From Candidatus Latescibacterota bacterium (GTDB taxonomy: Bacteria > Latescibacterota > UBA2968), in contig OZ241986.1 of NCBI GenBank assembly GCA_965204375.1, positions 5,696,001 to 5,760,000 of the forward strand: 64,000 bases of DNA, read 5' to 3'. The notes below the pieces were generated by a model. It had not been told where the DNA came from and made no database searches. It saw only the letters and a list, made by a program, of their open reading frames with translations. Both the position numbers and the translations under genes were made by a program. Positions 1 to 9,150 of this stretch are shown here, one piece after another; the first letter of the stretch is position 1; each line of letters opens with the position of its first letter.

Positions 1-2
1 AT

Positions 3-1148
3 GTGCTCGGTCTGACGACTTATTACAAGGCGTCGGGCAATGAGATCAGAAATGCCTCACAGCAGTGGATTGATCCAGGAGGCCATCAGTATGTGACGGG
101 TGTTCAAGGCCATGGACCGGGCAACTGGCGCGATGTTCGCGGTTTTGAGATCAATTTGCGCAAGAAATTCTCGAACATGTTCGCGTTCAATGTGGGCTAC
201 AACCTGCAGTGGGCAGACGGAGGGCGCAATAGCGCGCACCGCCGCGATGTGTGGCCCGATTCTCAGTTCGTAGCCAGTGGTTACTACTTTAACACCTGGG
301 ATGTCGATCCCACGACGGGTGCAGAGACTCCCGTATCACTGCGTGAAAAAGCTCGTCGCGAAGGATTACCCGAGGATCACTACATCGTCCAGTATGGAAG
401 ACAAGCGAATATTTATTTGCGGAGTCAACATACCAGAATCGTGAATTTCACCGGCACAGGTGGTGCGTGGTCGTGGATTCCGTGGTATTCTCACTATTCG
501 GCAGATGGCGCGCAGTTTATCGCCAATGAAGCCCGTACGAGCCTGGGCCATTACGACGATGGAGACAGAGAATTCTGGGAACGCGCTGGCAACCATCCCG
601 GCAATCCGGGAAGTGGCGAAGGCACGCTGGCGGTGGCGCACAACCAGGAATCTGGCGAGCGTGCCCCGCTGACAGCTGATCGCCGCAGCTTTGGTTCGAT
701 TACGTTCTTGTTTGCCACGCCATCGAACTACGGTCCTTTTGGTGGCAAAGCCTTAGGCAATATTCGTTCCAATCTGGTGTATTATCTTTACGCGGGTAAC
801 AGGTTCACGTATAGCACGGGTGGTATTCAGGGATTTCGACAGGGTCCCCTCCATACGCGTGCAGACTTCAATGCCGAGAAGGTGTTTGGCAATATGTCGG
901 CCGTGAACATAACCGTGGCTGTGGAGATCTACAATTTGTTCAATCAGAAGGACTGGCGCCAGAATAGCCTTGGTGGGGTTCCGGAAGATTGGGATTCCGA
1001 TCGCTATCAGAAGTATGGAATCATGGGCTTAGAGCCTACCAATGTCGATATTGTTGCGCTGGGTCTGCAAGCACCGGAAATCAACGATATCGGTAACTAT
1101 TGGGATTCTCCACGCGAGATGCAATTCAGCTTGCGCATTAAGTTTTAG
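3..1148 (+). CDS. TonB-dependent receptor, C-terminal part (5' end lies outside the window)
   Basis: Frame open from window start. Amphipathic beta-strands (GFEINLRKKFSNMFAFNVGYNLQ), a 'YNLFN' motif and the C-terminal 'PREMQFSLRIKF' ending in Phe are typical of TonB-dependent receptor barrels. Confidence 0.8.
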   Translation: MLGLTTYYKASGNEIRNASQQWIDPGGHQYVTGVQGHGPGNWRDVRGFEINLRKKFSNMFAFNVGYNLQWADGGRNSAHRRDVWPDSQFVASGYYFNTWDVDPTTGAETPVSLREKARREGLPEDHYIVQYGRQANIYLRSQHTRIVNFTGTGGAWSWIPWYSHYSADGAQFIANEARTSLGHYDDGDREFWERAGNHPGNPGSGEGTLAVAHNQESGERAPLTADRRSFGSITFLFATPSNYGPFGGKALGNIRSNLVYYLYAGNRFTYSTGGIQGFRQGPLHTRADFNAEKVFGNMSAVNITVAVEIYNLFNQKDWRQNSLGGVPEDWDSDRYQKYGIMGLEPTNVDIVALGLQAPEINDIGNYWDSPREMQFSLRIKF

Positions 1149-1154
1149 ATCGCG

Positions 1155-1188
1155 GAAGGGCGCGGTTTTGTGCGCCCTTCTAAAAAAA
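1155..1188. terminator. GC-rich hairpin after the receptor stop (terminator or mRNA-stabilising stem)
   Basis: GAAGGGCGC (1155-1163) pairs with GCGCCCTTC (1172-1180). It is followed by an A-tract rather than a T-tract. Confidence 0.5.
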
Positions 1189-1390
1189 TGGGAACTTCTG
1201 ATCCCAGCTATTAGTTTATACTGTACTACAAAACTAACGGATTTGAGTGGTGTGCAGGGGCGCCTGCGCACCGCCGGCTTCACGCAGAAAGGAGGGATGG
1301 CCGACATTTTCGCTTGAAGTCGCCGGGGTAAACGCAGTAGATCGCAAGTAGTAAAGATGTCATCAATCACTCCATAGAGGAGCAGTATCC

Positions 1391-4048
1391 ATGTCCAAAA
1401 AGCTCTGGTTTTACGCTTCCGGATTTTTCGCCGGAGTTGGCATGTGCCTGGCGGGTCTGGTCACACAGGCTCAGGCTCAATGGCCCGGCAATGCCAGAAT
1501 CTCGATGTCCCGGGGTCAGATCGGTCACACGCTCCACAATCCGGGCATGACGGGAAAAAAAGATAACGAGACAAAGCTGGCACAGTCTTCGTTTTCGTAT
1601 CCTCAGGGCCGCAATATCAAGGTGTATTCGGGCGGTTCTGAGCGCGAAGGCTGGAATGCCAAGTCGAATACAGGTGGTGAAGGCTTCTGGGTGCTTTCCA
1701 ATACGGGAGGCAGTCCCCACGGTACGTATGCTGGTCCGCGTATTACGTCTTCAGACCTGATTGGTCGCCCCCACGATATGACGCAGATGCCCGAAGCCTA
1801 TGTAGGCGTTGTAGAAGATGGGTCCTGGGCAATGGCGATTCGCAGAGATAGTGGTGCGGACGCGCCCAATATCGCGGGATCAACAGTTGCAGACCGCCGG
1901 ACCAACTGGTGGCCCGCAGCCCACGGTATTTCCAATGCATCGCCTGGAACGAATAGGGCAGTTGTGGTCTGGAACTTCCGTTTTGGCCGCTACAACAGCA
2001 ATGAGTCTTTTGCCAATCGCATTGGTTCTGGAGAATTGCCTCAGTATAGCGCGCCTTCGTGGGTAGAGTCGCTGTCTGAAGATGATTTTCCCGAGTTGAT
2101 CGGTATTCAGGAAGGCGGTTCTTCTGCCACGGGTCTGGAATGGACGCGCAAGTGGTTTTCCACGGCGCATCCGGATCACGATGAGTATTTTGTCGTTGAC
2201 AACGAAGTGGTGAACAATTCGGGTTCGACGGCCGAGGGTGTTTATATTACCTTTGCCAACCGCTTCCACGCAGGCCAGGCTTCTGGCTGGCGGTCAACAT
2301 CGTGGAATCGCCCGCGCGATTACACGCGCGATGATTATTATCGCAATACATTGGCAGCCAATTACCTCAATGGCGTCAGCCGTGGGGATTACACCTCTGC
2401 GCTTGGCAGATCTGCTGGTTTGCAGCGCGGCGTTGACCTTGCCAATGACGGTCATTTTATGACGTATTACCACGATGGGGACTCCGATCATATTTCCAAT
2501 CTGATCAATGATTTGGGCGATCCCTATCGCTATGCTATCGCCCGTGAGCGCTATACCCGCGAGCAGACGTGGGTGCGCGAGGGGATGATTCAGCACGGTC
2601 AGTATTTTGGCTTGGGCACAGTGGATGCCTTCCCGCCGTTTATGCGTTATGGCGGCGTGGATGATGCGATGTATGTGTCACCACACGACAATCCGGCCAC
2701 AGGGCACGATGAGAGCATGCAGCAGCCTGCCTCGGTGCTCTTCCATGCCTATCGCGGTAAGAATGACTTTGACTATCCCTCGCCAGACCGTGCGGGCGAT
2801 GGTCAGATTTACGACGCAGTAGCCAATGGGGGTTATACCGCTGAAAATGAAGCCCCCGGGCATTATACCACGCTGGTTTCTTATGGACCTTACACGCTGG
2901 CACCGGGTGAGAAGGCCAAAGTGGTGGTCGCCTATGTGGTGGGATTAGCAGCAGATCACGCCAAGTATGCCGATTACAAGAAGTATGCTCAGCCCTTTAA
3001 TATGGGCTGGATGAACCACTATGGTGGCAGGGGATCTGAGCCTACGAAGTTGGCGGATCGCCAGCCTGAGATTCCCCTTGGTGAAGATGTGATGTTCGAT
3101 CACTTTGAGAATGCCATTCAGTGGTACAACTGGGGTTATGATCTTCCCAACCAGCCGCCCAATACCAAGGTGGCGTGGGATTCCAACCTGCAGGGCAAGA
3201 CGCAGATTCGGTGGAGTGTCTTTGGTGAAGAAGCAATGGATCCAGATTATTCTGGCGCCGAGGCACAGGATTTGCGCGGATATCGCATCTATCGCTCGTC
3301 TGTAGAGTATCAGGGCGAGTGGGAGTATGTGACCGAGTTTTCTTTCGAAGATGCGCGTGCGGGCAATTTGCCCACGGGTGTCTCCTTTGAACCTTCTCGT
3401 ACGTGGACAACGGTTAAGAGTGGTTCCTGGCCAACGGGTATTCCACTGACGACCAACCAGTACGCTGATGTTGGTGAGCACGGTGCTCTCAATCCCGCTG
3501 CTGGTCCCGAAATTCCCGGCACGTACCTGTTTGACGATCAGGGCACAAACGCAGGCTTCCCCAACTGGTATAGCGTGCGTTTGTATGACTCTGGTCACGG
3601 TGATTGGAATGGCGTGAGCAGCGTCGATGCCCTTGAAGCCGCGCAGAACACCTCTTTGGGTGCTGTGTATGGTTCTCGCTCGGGTATTGTTCCCGTGGTT
3701 CCGGGTGCAGCGGTGTTTGATCGCCTCGAAGAGCAGGTTCGCGTGGTTCCCAATCCGTTTAAGGTGGATAGCGATTTGCATACGTATAACCGTCAGCAGA
3801 ATATGCGGTTTACCAATTTGCCGGGTCGCTGTCAGATCGACCTTTACGATGTGACGGGTCAGCGGATCTGGACCTTCTACAACCAGGATCCTCTGAAGGG
3901 CGAAGTGACGTATATCCAGCTTGCGGAGAACCGTCCGTCTAACTTTGGTGAGGCGATGTTCCCGGGCATTTACTTCTGGAAGGTCACGTCTCTGATGCCG
4001 GGTTCAGAAGGCAAGACGCAGACCGGCACGTTCGTGATCATCAAGTAA
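1391..4048 (+). CDS. Large secreted protein with a T9SS type-A-like/FlgD-like C-terminal Ig domain
   Basis: RBS GAGGAG and signal peptide (...AQAQ). Contains an FN3-like 'GYRIYRS' segment and a C-terminal 'VRVVPNPF...IDLYDVTGQRI...PGIYFWKV...GTFVIIK' sorting-domain pattern. Confidence 0.7.
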   Translation: MSKKLWFYASGFFAGVGMCLAGLVTQAQAQWPGNARISMSRGQIGHTLHNPGMTGKKDNETKLAQSSFSYPQGRNIKVYSGGSEREGWNAKSNTGGEGFWVLSNTGGSPHGTYAGPRITSSDLIGRPHDMTQMPEAYVGVVEDGSWAMAIRRDSGADAPNIAGSTVADRRTNWWPAAHGISNASPGTNRAVVVWNFRFGRYNSNESFANRIGSGELPQYSAPSWVESLSEDDFPELIGIQEGGSSATGLEWTRKWFSTAHPDHDEYFVVDNEVVNNSGSTAEGVYITFANRFHAGQASGWRSTSWNRPRDYTRDDYYRNTLAANYLNGVSRGDYTSALGRSAGLQRGVDLANDGHFMTYYHDGDSDHISNLINDLGDPYRYAIARERYTREQTWVREGMIQHGQYFGLGTVDAFPPFMRYGGVDDAMYVSPHDNPATGHDESMQQPASVLFHAYRGKNDFDYPSPDRAGDGQIYDAVANGGYTAENEAPGHYTTLVSYGPYTLAPGEKAKVVVAYVVGLAADHAKYADYKKYAQPFNMGWMNHYGGRGSEPTKLADRQPEIPLGEDVMFDHFENAIQWYNWGYDLPNQPPNTKVAWDSNLQGKTQIRWSVFGEEAMDPDYSGAEAQDLRGYRIYRSSVEYQGEWEYVTEFSFEDARAGNLPTGVSFEPSRTWTTVKSGSWPTGIPLTTNQYADVGEHGALNPAAGPEIPGTYLFDDQGTNAGFPNWYSVRLYDSGHGDWNGVSSVDALEAAQNTSLGAVYGSRSGIVPVVPGAAVFDRLEEQVRVVPNPFKVDSDLHTYNRQQNMRFTNLPGRCQIDLYDVTGQRIWTFYNQDPLKGEVTYIQLAENRPSNFGEAMFPGIYFWKVTSLMPGSEGKTQTGTFVIIK

Positions 4049-4078
4049 GGCGCAAGGCCAATAGAAAGGAGAAAGACA

Positions 4079-5095
4079 ATGTTGAAGAAAGCACTGCTTT
4101 TCGGTCTGGCTGTTGTCCTTGCCCTGCCGATGTATGCACAGGCTCAGGAAGAGCGGCCGACCCAGGCTTCGTTAGGACCTTTTCCCGTGGATAGGACGCG
4201 CATTCCACCTGAAACAGATCTGATTAAGTATGCGCGTGTGACGACCACGTCTTATGGTTTCTTGAAGCTGACGGGCAATGCGCGCTCAGCAGGTATGGGT
4301 GATGCGTATTCGTCTGTTGGCAATGATCTGTCGGCGGTCTTTTACAATCCCGCTGGTGCAACACAGATCGAGCGCTACGCGCTGACAGCTTCTTATCTGA
4401 AGTGGATTGTGGGGTCCTCCATGGGCACGTTTGCCATTGGTGCCAAGACGAATGTGGCGACCTTTGCAATCAACTTTGCGTATTTTACCACAGATGAGTT
4501 TGAAGAGACCACATCCTCTCAACCCGGTGGCACGGGACGCATGGCCACCGCTGGCGATATGGCTGTTGGATTGACCATAGCCAAGCAGGTGACGGATAAG
4601 TTGAGCGTGGGTGGTAATCTGCGCTGGGTTCAGGAAGACCTGGATTTGCAGTCGTATTCCTCGTATGATATAGATTTTGGTACGCTCTTTTATACGGGCT
4701 TCCATTCCACGCGTCTGGGTATGTCGATGCGCAACTTGGGCGGCGACCAGGACGTGATTGGTCAGAAGGCGCGTTTCCCGATGGTGTTCAATCTGTCGGG
4801 TGCTGCTGAAGTCTATGGCAATCTGGGCGATCCACTGTCGCTGACGATAGCTGTTGAACAGATGTTCTTCACGGATTCGATTAACCGTTATCACTTTGGC
4901 GCGGAAGCATGGATACAGAACATGCTGGCGTTGCGTGGTGGTTACAAGATCGGTTATGACTCCGAGTCGTGGACTGTGGGTGCAGGCTTGCGTCAGAAGT
5001 TAGGCGATCAGAGTGTGGGTGTGGATGTTTCGTATTCAAGGGCTGAGGCACTTGATGAATATCCGATTCGCGTCTCTGTTGGCATTGGCTTCTAA
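4079..5095 (+). CDS. PorV/PorQ-family (UPF0164-like) outer-membrane beta-barrel
   Basis: RBS AAGGAG and signal peptide. 'FLKL..NARSAGMGDAY......SAVFYNPAG' signature and terminal Phe. Confidence 0.85.
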   Translation: MLKKALLFGLAVVLALPMYAQAQEERPTQASLGPFPVDRTRIPPETDLIKYARVTTTSYGFLKLTGNARSAGMGDAYSSVGNDLSAVFYNPAGATQIERYALTASYLKWIVGSSMGTFAIGAKTNVATFAINFAYFTTDEFEETTSSQPGGTGRMATAGDMAVGLTIAKQVTDKLSVGGNLRWVQEDLDLQSYSSYDIDFGTLFYTGFHSTRLGMSMRNLGGDQDVIGQKARFPMVFNLSGAAEVYGNLGDPLSLTIAVEQMFFTDSINRYHFGAEAWIQNMLALRGGYKIGYDSESWTVGAGLRQKLGDQSVGVDVSYSRAEALDEYPIRVSVGIGF

Positions 5096-5119
5096 GGAGC
5101 TTTTCCCACCAGATACACT

Positions 5120-5154
5120 AAAGGTTGCGGTCGAAAGATCGCAGCCTTTTTTTT
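5120..5154 (+). terminator. Rho-independent terminator
   Basis: AAAGGTTGCGGTC-GAAA-GATCGCAGCC followed by T8. Confidence 0.9.
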
Positions 5155-5213
5155 GATCGCGGATTTTCGCGGATTTTTGGATTTCGCTGATGAAAGGCGA
5201 GAAAACAAACGTT

Positions 5214-5256
5214 CAGCGGTGTATTTAACCGCCTGCATTGGTCTTTATCACCAATG
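5214..5256. promoter_or_regulatory. Two tandem palindromes, probable PspF-type enhancer (UAS) sites
   Basis: GCGGT-N7-ACCGC (5216-5232) and CATTGGT-N7-ACCAATG (5236-5256) lie about 75-115 bp upstream of a sigma54 promoter, with an AT-rich spacer between. Confidence 0.6.
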
Positions 5257-5328
5257 TCAGGCGGTTTTTTTATACCTTAAAATCTTTATTTATATAAAAA
5301 ACAACAAGATAGAATCTGAAAGATGTTT

Positions 5329-5344
5329 TGGCACAGATATTGCA
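5329..5344 (+). promoter_or_regulatory. sigma54 (-24/-12) promoter of pspA
   Basis: TGGCACAGATATTGCA matches TGGCAC-N5-TTGCW, 51 nt upstream of the pspA start. Confidence 0.9.
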
Positions 5345-5395
5345 TAGAGATAGTGTGCGTTTGATCGATAACCAAAAATCAAAAGGAGATATACC

Positions 5396-6067
5396 ATGGG
5401 TACTTTTTCAAGAATAAGCAATGTGGTCCGCGCTGAGGTTGACGATGTTCTGAATAAGATAGAGGATCCCAGGAAGATGGTGCGACAGATGGTTCGGGAT
5501 ATGGAGGACGCGCTGGATGATGCGGTGGTTGCCGTGGCACAGGCGATGGCCAGTGAGAAGTTGCTGTCGCGTCGGATTGCACAGAAGCGGGAAGAGTCGG
5601 CTTTGTGGGCGCGCAAGGCAGAGGATGCTATGGATGCTGGCGAGGAGGAACTGGCACGGAAAGCGCTGTTTCAGAAGGTGGCGGTTGATGAAGCGGTCAA
5701 TACACTGCAAAAAGCACGGGATGAAGCGGAAGAGGTGACGGCGACGCTGAAGCAGCGACTCGCTGAACTGAAGGCGAAGTTGGCGTCTGCCCGTGCGCAG
5801 CAAAGCACGCTGGCGATTCGCAGGCAGGTGGTGGTGCAGGAGATGCGACAAGATGCGCGTGTAGAGGCTTATGATCGGTTTGTTCGGGATGTGGCGCGCG
5901 AGGAAGCGACGGCTGAGATCTATGCCGAGATGGCGGGCGATGCTCAGTTGGAAGAAGAGTTTGATCAACTGGAGCGAAAGCAGCGCGTCGAGGCGGAGAT
6001 GCAGGTGTTGAAGGAGAAAGTGAAACAGAGCGCACGCCAGAATGATGAATCTGAGGAGGAGAAGTAA
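5396..6067 (+). CDS. pspA: PspA/IM30 family phage-shock protein
   Basis: 'MGTFSRISNVVRA...IEDPRKMVRQMVRDME', 'WARKAEDAMDAGEEELARKAL', coiled-coil; RBS AAGGAG. Confidence 0.9.
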   Translation: MGTFSRISNVVRAEVDDVLNKIEDPRKMVRQMVRDMEDALDDAVVAVAQAMASEKLLSRRIAQKREESALWARKAEDAMDAGEEELARKALFQKVAVDEAVNTLQKARDEAEEVTATLKQRLAELKAKLASARAQQSTLAIRRQVVVQEMRQDARVEAYDRFVRDVAREEATAEIYAEMAGDAQLEEEFDQLERKQRVEAEMQVLKEKVKQSARQNDESEEEK

Positions 6068-6069
6068 TT

Positions 6070-6258
6070 ATGTTCGCAAAATTATTCGGCATCGCCTTGC
6101 TGGCCGTCGGTGGGTTTGTTGCATTTTGCTTGCTGATGGCTCTCGTTGGAACGATTTTTAGTATTTTGATTTTTGCGTTGAAGGTGGCAATCCCCGTGGT
6201 GCTGGTGTATCTGGGGTATCGGTTGATCACGAGAAATAGGCATCAGGTTACGTATTGA
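6070..6258 (+). CDS. Small two-TM membrane protein co-transcribed with pspA
   Basis: Strong RBS GAGGAGG; almost entirely hydrophobic 62 aa; starts 2 nt after the pspA stop. Confidence 0.7.
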   Translation: MFAKLFGIALLAVGGFVAFCLLMALVGTIFSILIFALKVAIPVVLVYLGYRLITRNRHQVTY

Positions 6259-6259
6259 C

Positions 6260-7150
6260 CTATTCTTTTTTCGCATTGCCATCCGAGTGTGGAGCCACAC
6301 TCATTGGCACGGCACTCCGCACATGCAAATCTCGCTGCGGGAATGGAATCGTAATATTCCGCTCTCGGAATGCCTGGACAATTGCAAAATTCAAATCACT
6401 GATCACAAATAACTGACGGGGTGGATCCTCAATCCAAACCAGCAAATCAAAATTCAGAGAACTATCGCCAAAGCCCAGAAACTGCATCTGCGGCTCGGGA
6501 TCGGACAAAACCTCTGGATGCGCCCGTCCCACCTCCAACAACGTCTCCGCGACCAGTTCCACATCGGCACCATAAGACACGCCCACAGATGCATGAATAC
6601 GCACTTTTGACTCTTGAAAGCTCCAGTTTGTGACATTTTCAGATAGAAATTTTGAATTGGGCACAATAATCGTCACATTATCCAAGGTATAGACCTTTGT
6701 GCTATAGGCATTGACCGCCTGCACACGGCCTTGCACACCATCTACCTCCACAAAATCTCCCTCCTGCACGGGGCGCTCAAATAACATAATGAGTCCACTG
6801 ATAAAATTGTGGGTAATAGTTTGCAACCCCAAACCAATCCCCACCAGCAATACCGCACTAACCGCTGCCAATGTCGTCAGATTAATCCCGGTATATTCTA
6901 TGGCGATAAATATGCCGATGCACATGATAACAATGTGCAATAGGCGACATATAGCTGACTGCGAACCTTTATTTATATGTATCTGTTCAAACACGCTACG
7001 CCGCAACAGGCGTTGCAAAAATCGCGATATCCCATACGCAATAAGGATAATCAGCGTCGCCGTCAGCAAAATGGCTGGCGTTATTTCTATTTCGCCAAAA
7101 GAAACGAGTGGTTCCTCAATTACCTTGCGTAAATTATCCCAGGGATTCAT
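6260..7150 (-). CDS. MscS-family mechanosensitive channel
   Basis: 'GIGLGLQTITHNFISGLIMLFERPVQEGDFV', 'IIVPNS', 'IPFPQRDLH'. Confidence 0.95.
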   Translation of the reverse strand: MNPWDNLRKVIEEPLVSFGEIEITPAILLTATLIILIAYGISRFLQRLLRRSVFEQIHINKGSQSAICRLLHIVIMCIGIFIAIEYTGINLTTLAAVSAVLLVGIGLGLQTITHNFISGLIMLFERPVQEGDFVEVDGVQGRVQAVNAYSTKVYTLDNVTIIVPNSKFLSENVTNWSFQESKVRIHASVGVSYGADVELVAETLLEVGRAHPEVLSDPEPQMQFLGFGDSSLNFDLLVWIEDPPRQLFVISDLNFAIVQAFRERNITIPFPQRDLHVRSAVPMSVAPHSDGNAKKE

Positions 7151-7152
7151 AC

Positions 7153-9150
7153 TTAATCCTCCCGAACCAATACAATAAGATCATCCGATTCACTTAGCAT
7201 ATATGGTTCATCACGCGCCGGATTGAGCGCGACCCCACTGTTTTGCAAGCGCATACCCAGCGCGATTTCGCCCCGACATGCCGACATCTCCACAATCTGC
7301 CCAAAACTCACATTTTTACCTGCTATACCGTAATCTGAAACCCTGCGAAAGCAAATCTCTGCACCACCGGCGGCAAATAACTCTTCATAAACGACATTGA
7401 GTTCCCGACGCAATGCAACTTGTGCCAGCACATGGCTTGCGATCATTGGCGTAATCAATACCTCGGTATCGTAATCTTCAAACAACGCCACATTGTCGGG
7501 ATCCATTAAATCGACCAGAATTTCTGGTTTATGCGTGACCTCATCCAGCACATTCCTCAGCACCAGATGTACCACAATCGTCCGCGCATCCGACTCTTCC
7601 TGTGTCTCTACCCAGTCACTGCCCAAAATAACCACATTATCATACCTACCTGGATCCATTTCTCTTAAATTTGATAGCGAAGTAGTCTCACCTTCGCGAT
7701 GAGTGACAACCACGCGGCGCAGATCAATGTCTTTTTGTTCTATCTCTGCTTCTCTTTGCTCCAAAGGTACAAGAGACAAAACCGCGACCTCAAACTGTTC
7801 ATCAGCCTGTCTGTCGAACTCTTTGAGCAAAGCCACTGCTTTGTGGTTCCATCCCAAAATTAAGATGCGTCTTTTGCCTTTTTCCCTCACATAGGGCACT
7901 TCTTGAAATTTATGCGATACGCGTTCTATCTGATAATTTTTCAGGGGTTCACAATTCCCGTAATCTTCTGCCAAAAAGACCAGCCGGTCTTCTGATTCCA
8001 AAATTAGATCCCCGGGCGGATTGAGCATGGGGCAAAACGCCTCACCCTGGGGACGCACTATGCCCAGCAAAACCGCTTTGGGATACGCACCTGATAGATC
8101 CCCAAAACGAAAACCCGTAAACTCCTCGCACATTCGCACATAGACCTCATTGCCAAGCCCGTGCGATAAAATATCATGGAACACATGCGACAATCCCGGG
8201 TGACGCACATTTTGCGCCATACATCGCGTAATAAAAACATCGCTCGCCAAAATTTCTAAAATGCCCCGATAGGCTCTTTTTGCCATAACCACTTTGTTGG
8301 AATCGAAGATTTCCGTCACCAGCAAAGGCAGATCTTCTTTAGTATCCCCCTTCCCACCCTGATTCGATATCGACATCAGTGTTTTTATAATGCGCATATC
8401 CGACTCATCCGCGCTGCCATAAGCAAAATCAGCCCCGGGCAAAATAATAACACTCGCATTTTTGAAATCTACGCGCTCCAGATGTTCTATCCGCAGGGGT
8501 ATTCCCGACCGAAATGTGATCTTCTTGGCATTCCACACAGGACCGAGTGCTCTCCGCAATTCCACTGTGCGCTCCAAACTCACATCTTCAGACAGAATCA
8601 CCACATGTAACCCACGCGCACCGAGCAGTTGCAAAAACCGGCGCACACGCCCTTCAGCGCGCATCAACTCGCTGACAATTTCAGACGTGCGATTGGTCCA
8701 TCCCAAAATCAAAATGTGATTGCGACGCACGATAGGCGTAAGCCCGCGCTCAAAATTGCGGATCGTCTGATTGAGCCATTGCGTCATAATCGCGATCAAC
8801 GACCCCATAAAAAGCACATATCCCAGCACTGTCACCACCGTTGAAATCACGCGGCGGGCAAGCCCTTCGTCATCTCCCAAATAACCCGGATCGGTCAAAC
8901 GCAAAAATGCCCACCAGATCGCTGTTTCGCGATCATCAAAAGGCGCGTCCGTTTCCTGCACCAGCACCCCACCACCAACGGCGACCAGCCCGATCAACGA
9001 GGCAATGACCAGCAGATGAAAATGGACGCCCAGTAACAACAATCGCTCAACGCGAAATTTCAGGTAATTTTTTACTCGCGCAAACGGGTCAGTAGTTCGC
9101 GATCGCAATTTGAAAAAAAGATTTTCCAATACAACCACCTTGTCAATCAA
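7153..9150 (-). CDS. CASTOR/POLLUX/DMI1-like ion channel with two RCK-like domains
   Basis: TM-pore segment 'AIWWAFLRLTDPGYLGDD', then 'HILILGW' and 'RILILGWN' RCK starts, and 'SDARTI'. Confidence 0.85.
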   Translation of the reverse strand: MIDKVVVLENLFFKLRSRTTDPFARVKNYLKFRVERLLLLGVHFHLLVIASLIGLVAVGGGVLVQETDAPFDDRETAIWWAFLRLTDPGYLGDDEGLARRVISTVVTVLGYVLFMGSLIAIMTQWLNQTIRNFERGLTPIVRRNHILILGWTNRTSEIVSELMRAEGRVRRFLQLLGARGLHVVILSEDVSLERTVELRRALGPVWNAKKITFRSGIPLRIEHLERVDFKNASVIILPGADFAYGSADESDMRIIKTLMSISNQGGKGDTKEDLPLLVTEIFDSNKVVMAKRAYRGILEILASDVFITRCMAQNVRHPGLSHVFHDILSHGLGNEVYVRMCEEFTGFRFGDLSGAYPKAVLLGIVRPQGEAFCPMLNPPGDLILESEDRLVFLAEDYGNCEPLKNYQIERVSHKFQEVPYVREKGKRRILILGWNHKAVALLKEFDRQADEQFEVAVLSLVPLEQREAEIEQKDIDLRRVVVTHREGETTSLSNLREMDPGRYDNVVILGSDWVETQEESDARTIVVHLVLRNVLDEVTHKPEILVDLMDPDNVALFEDYDTEVLITPMIASHVLAQVALRRELNVVYEELFAAGGAEICFRRVSDYGIAGKNVSFGQIVEMSACRGEIALGMRLQNSGVALNPARDEPYMLSESDDLIVLVRED

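Noticed and set aside
2945-3781. Long antisense ORFs (also 20256..21047, 50352..51191, 59409..60074, 60719..61378)
   Set aside because: These are shadows of well-supported genes on the opposite strand, with no motifs or RBS.
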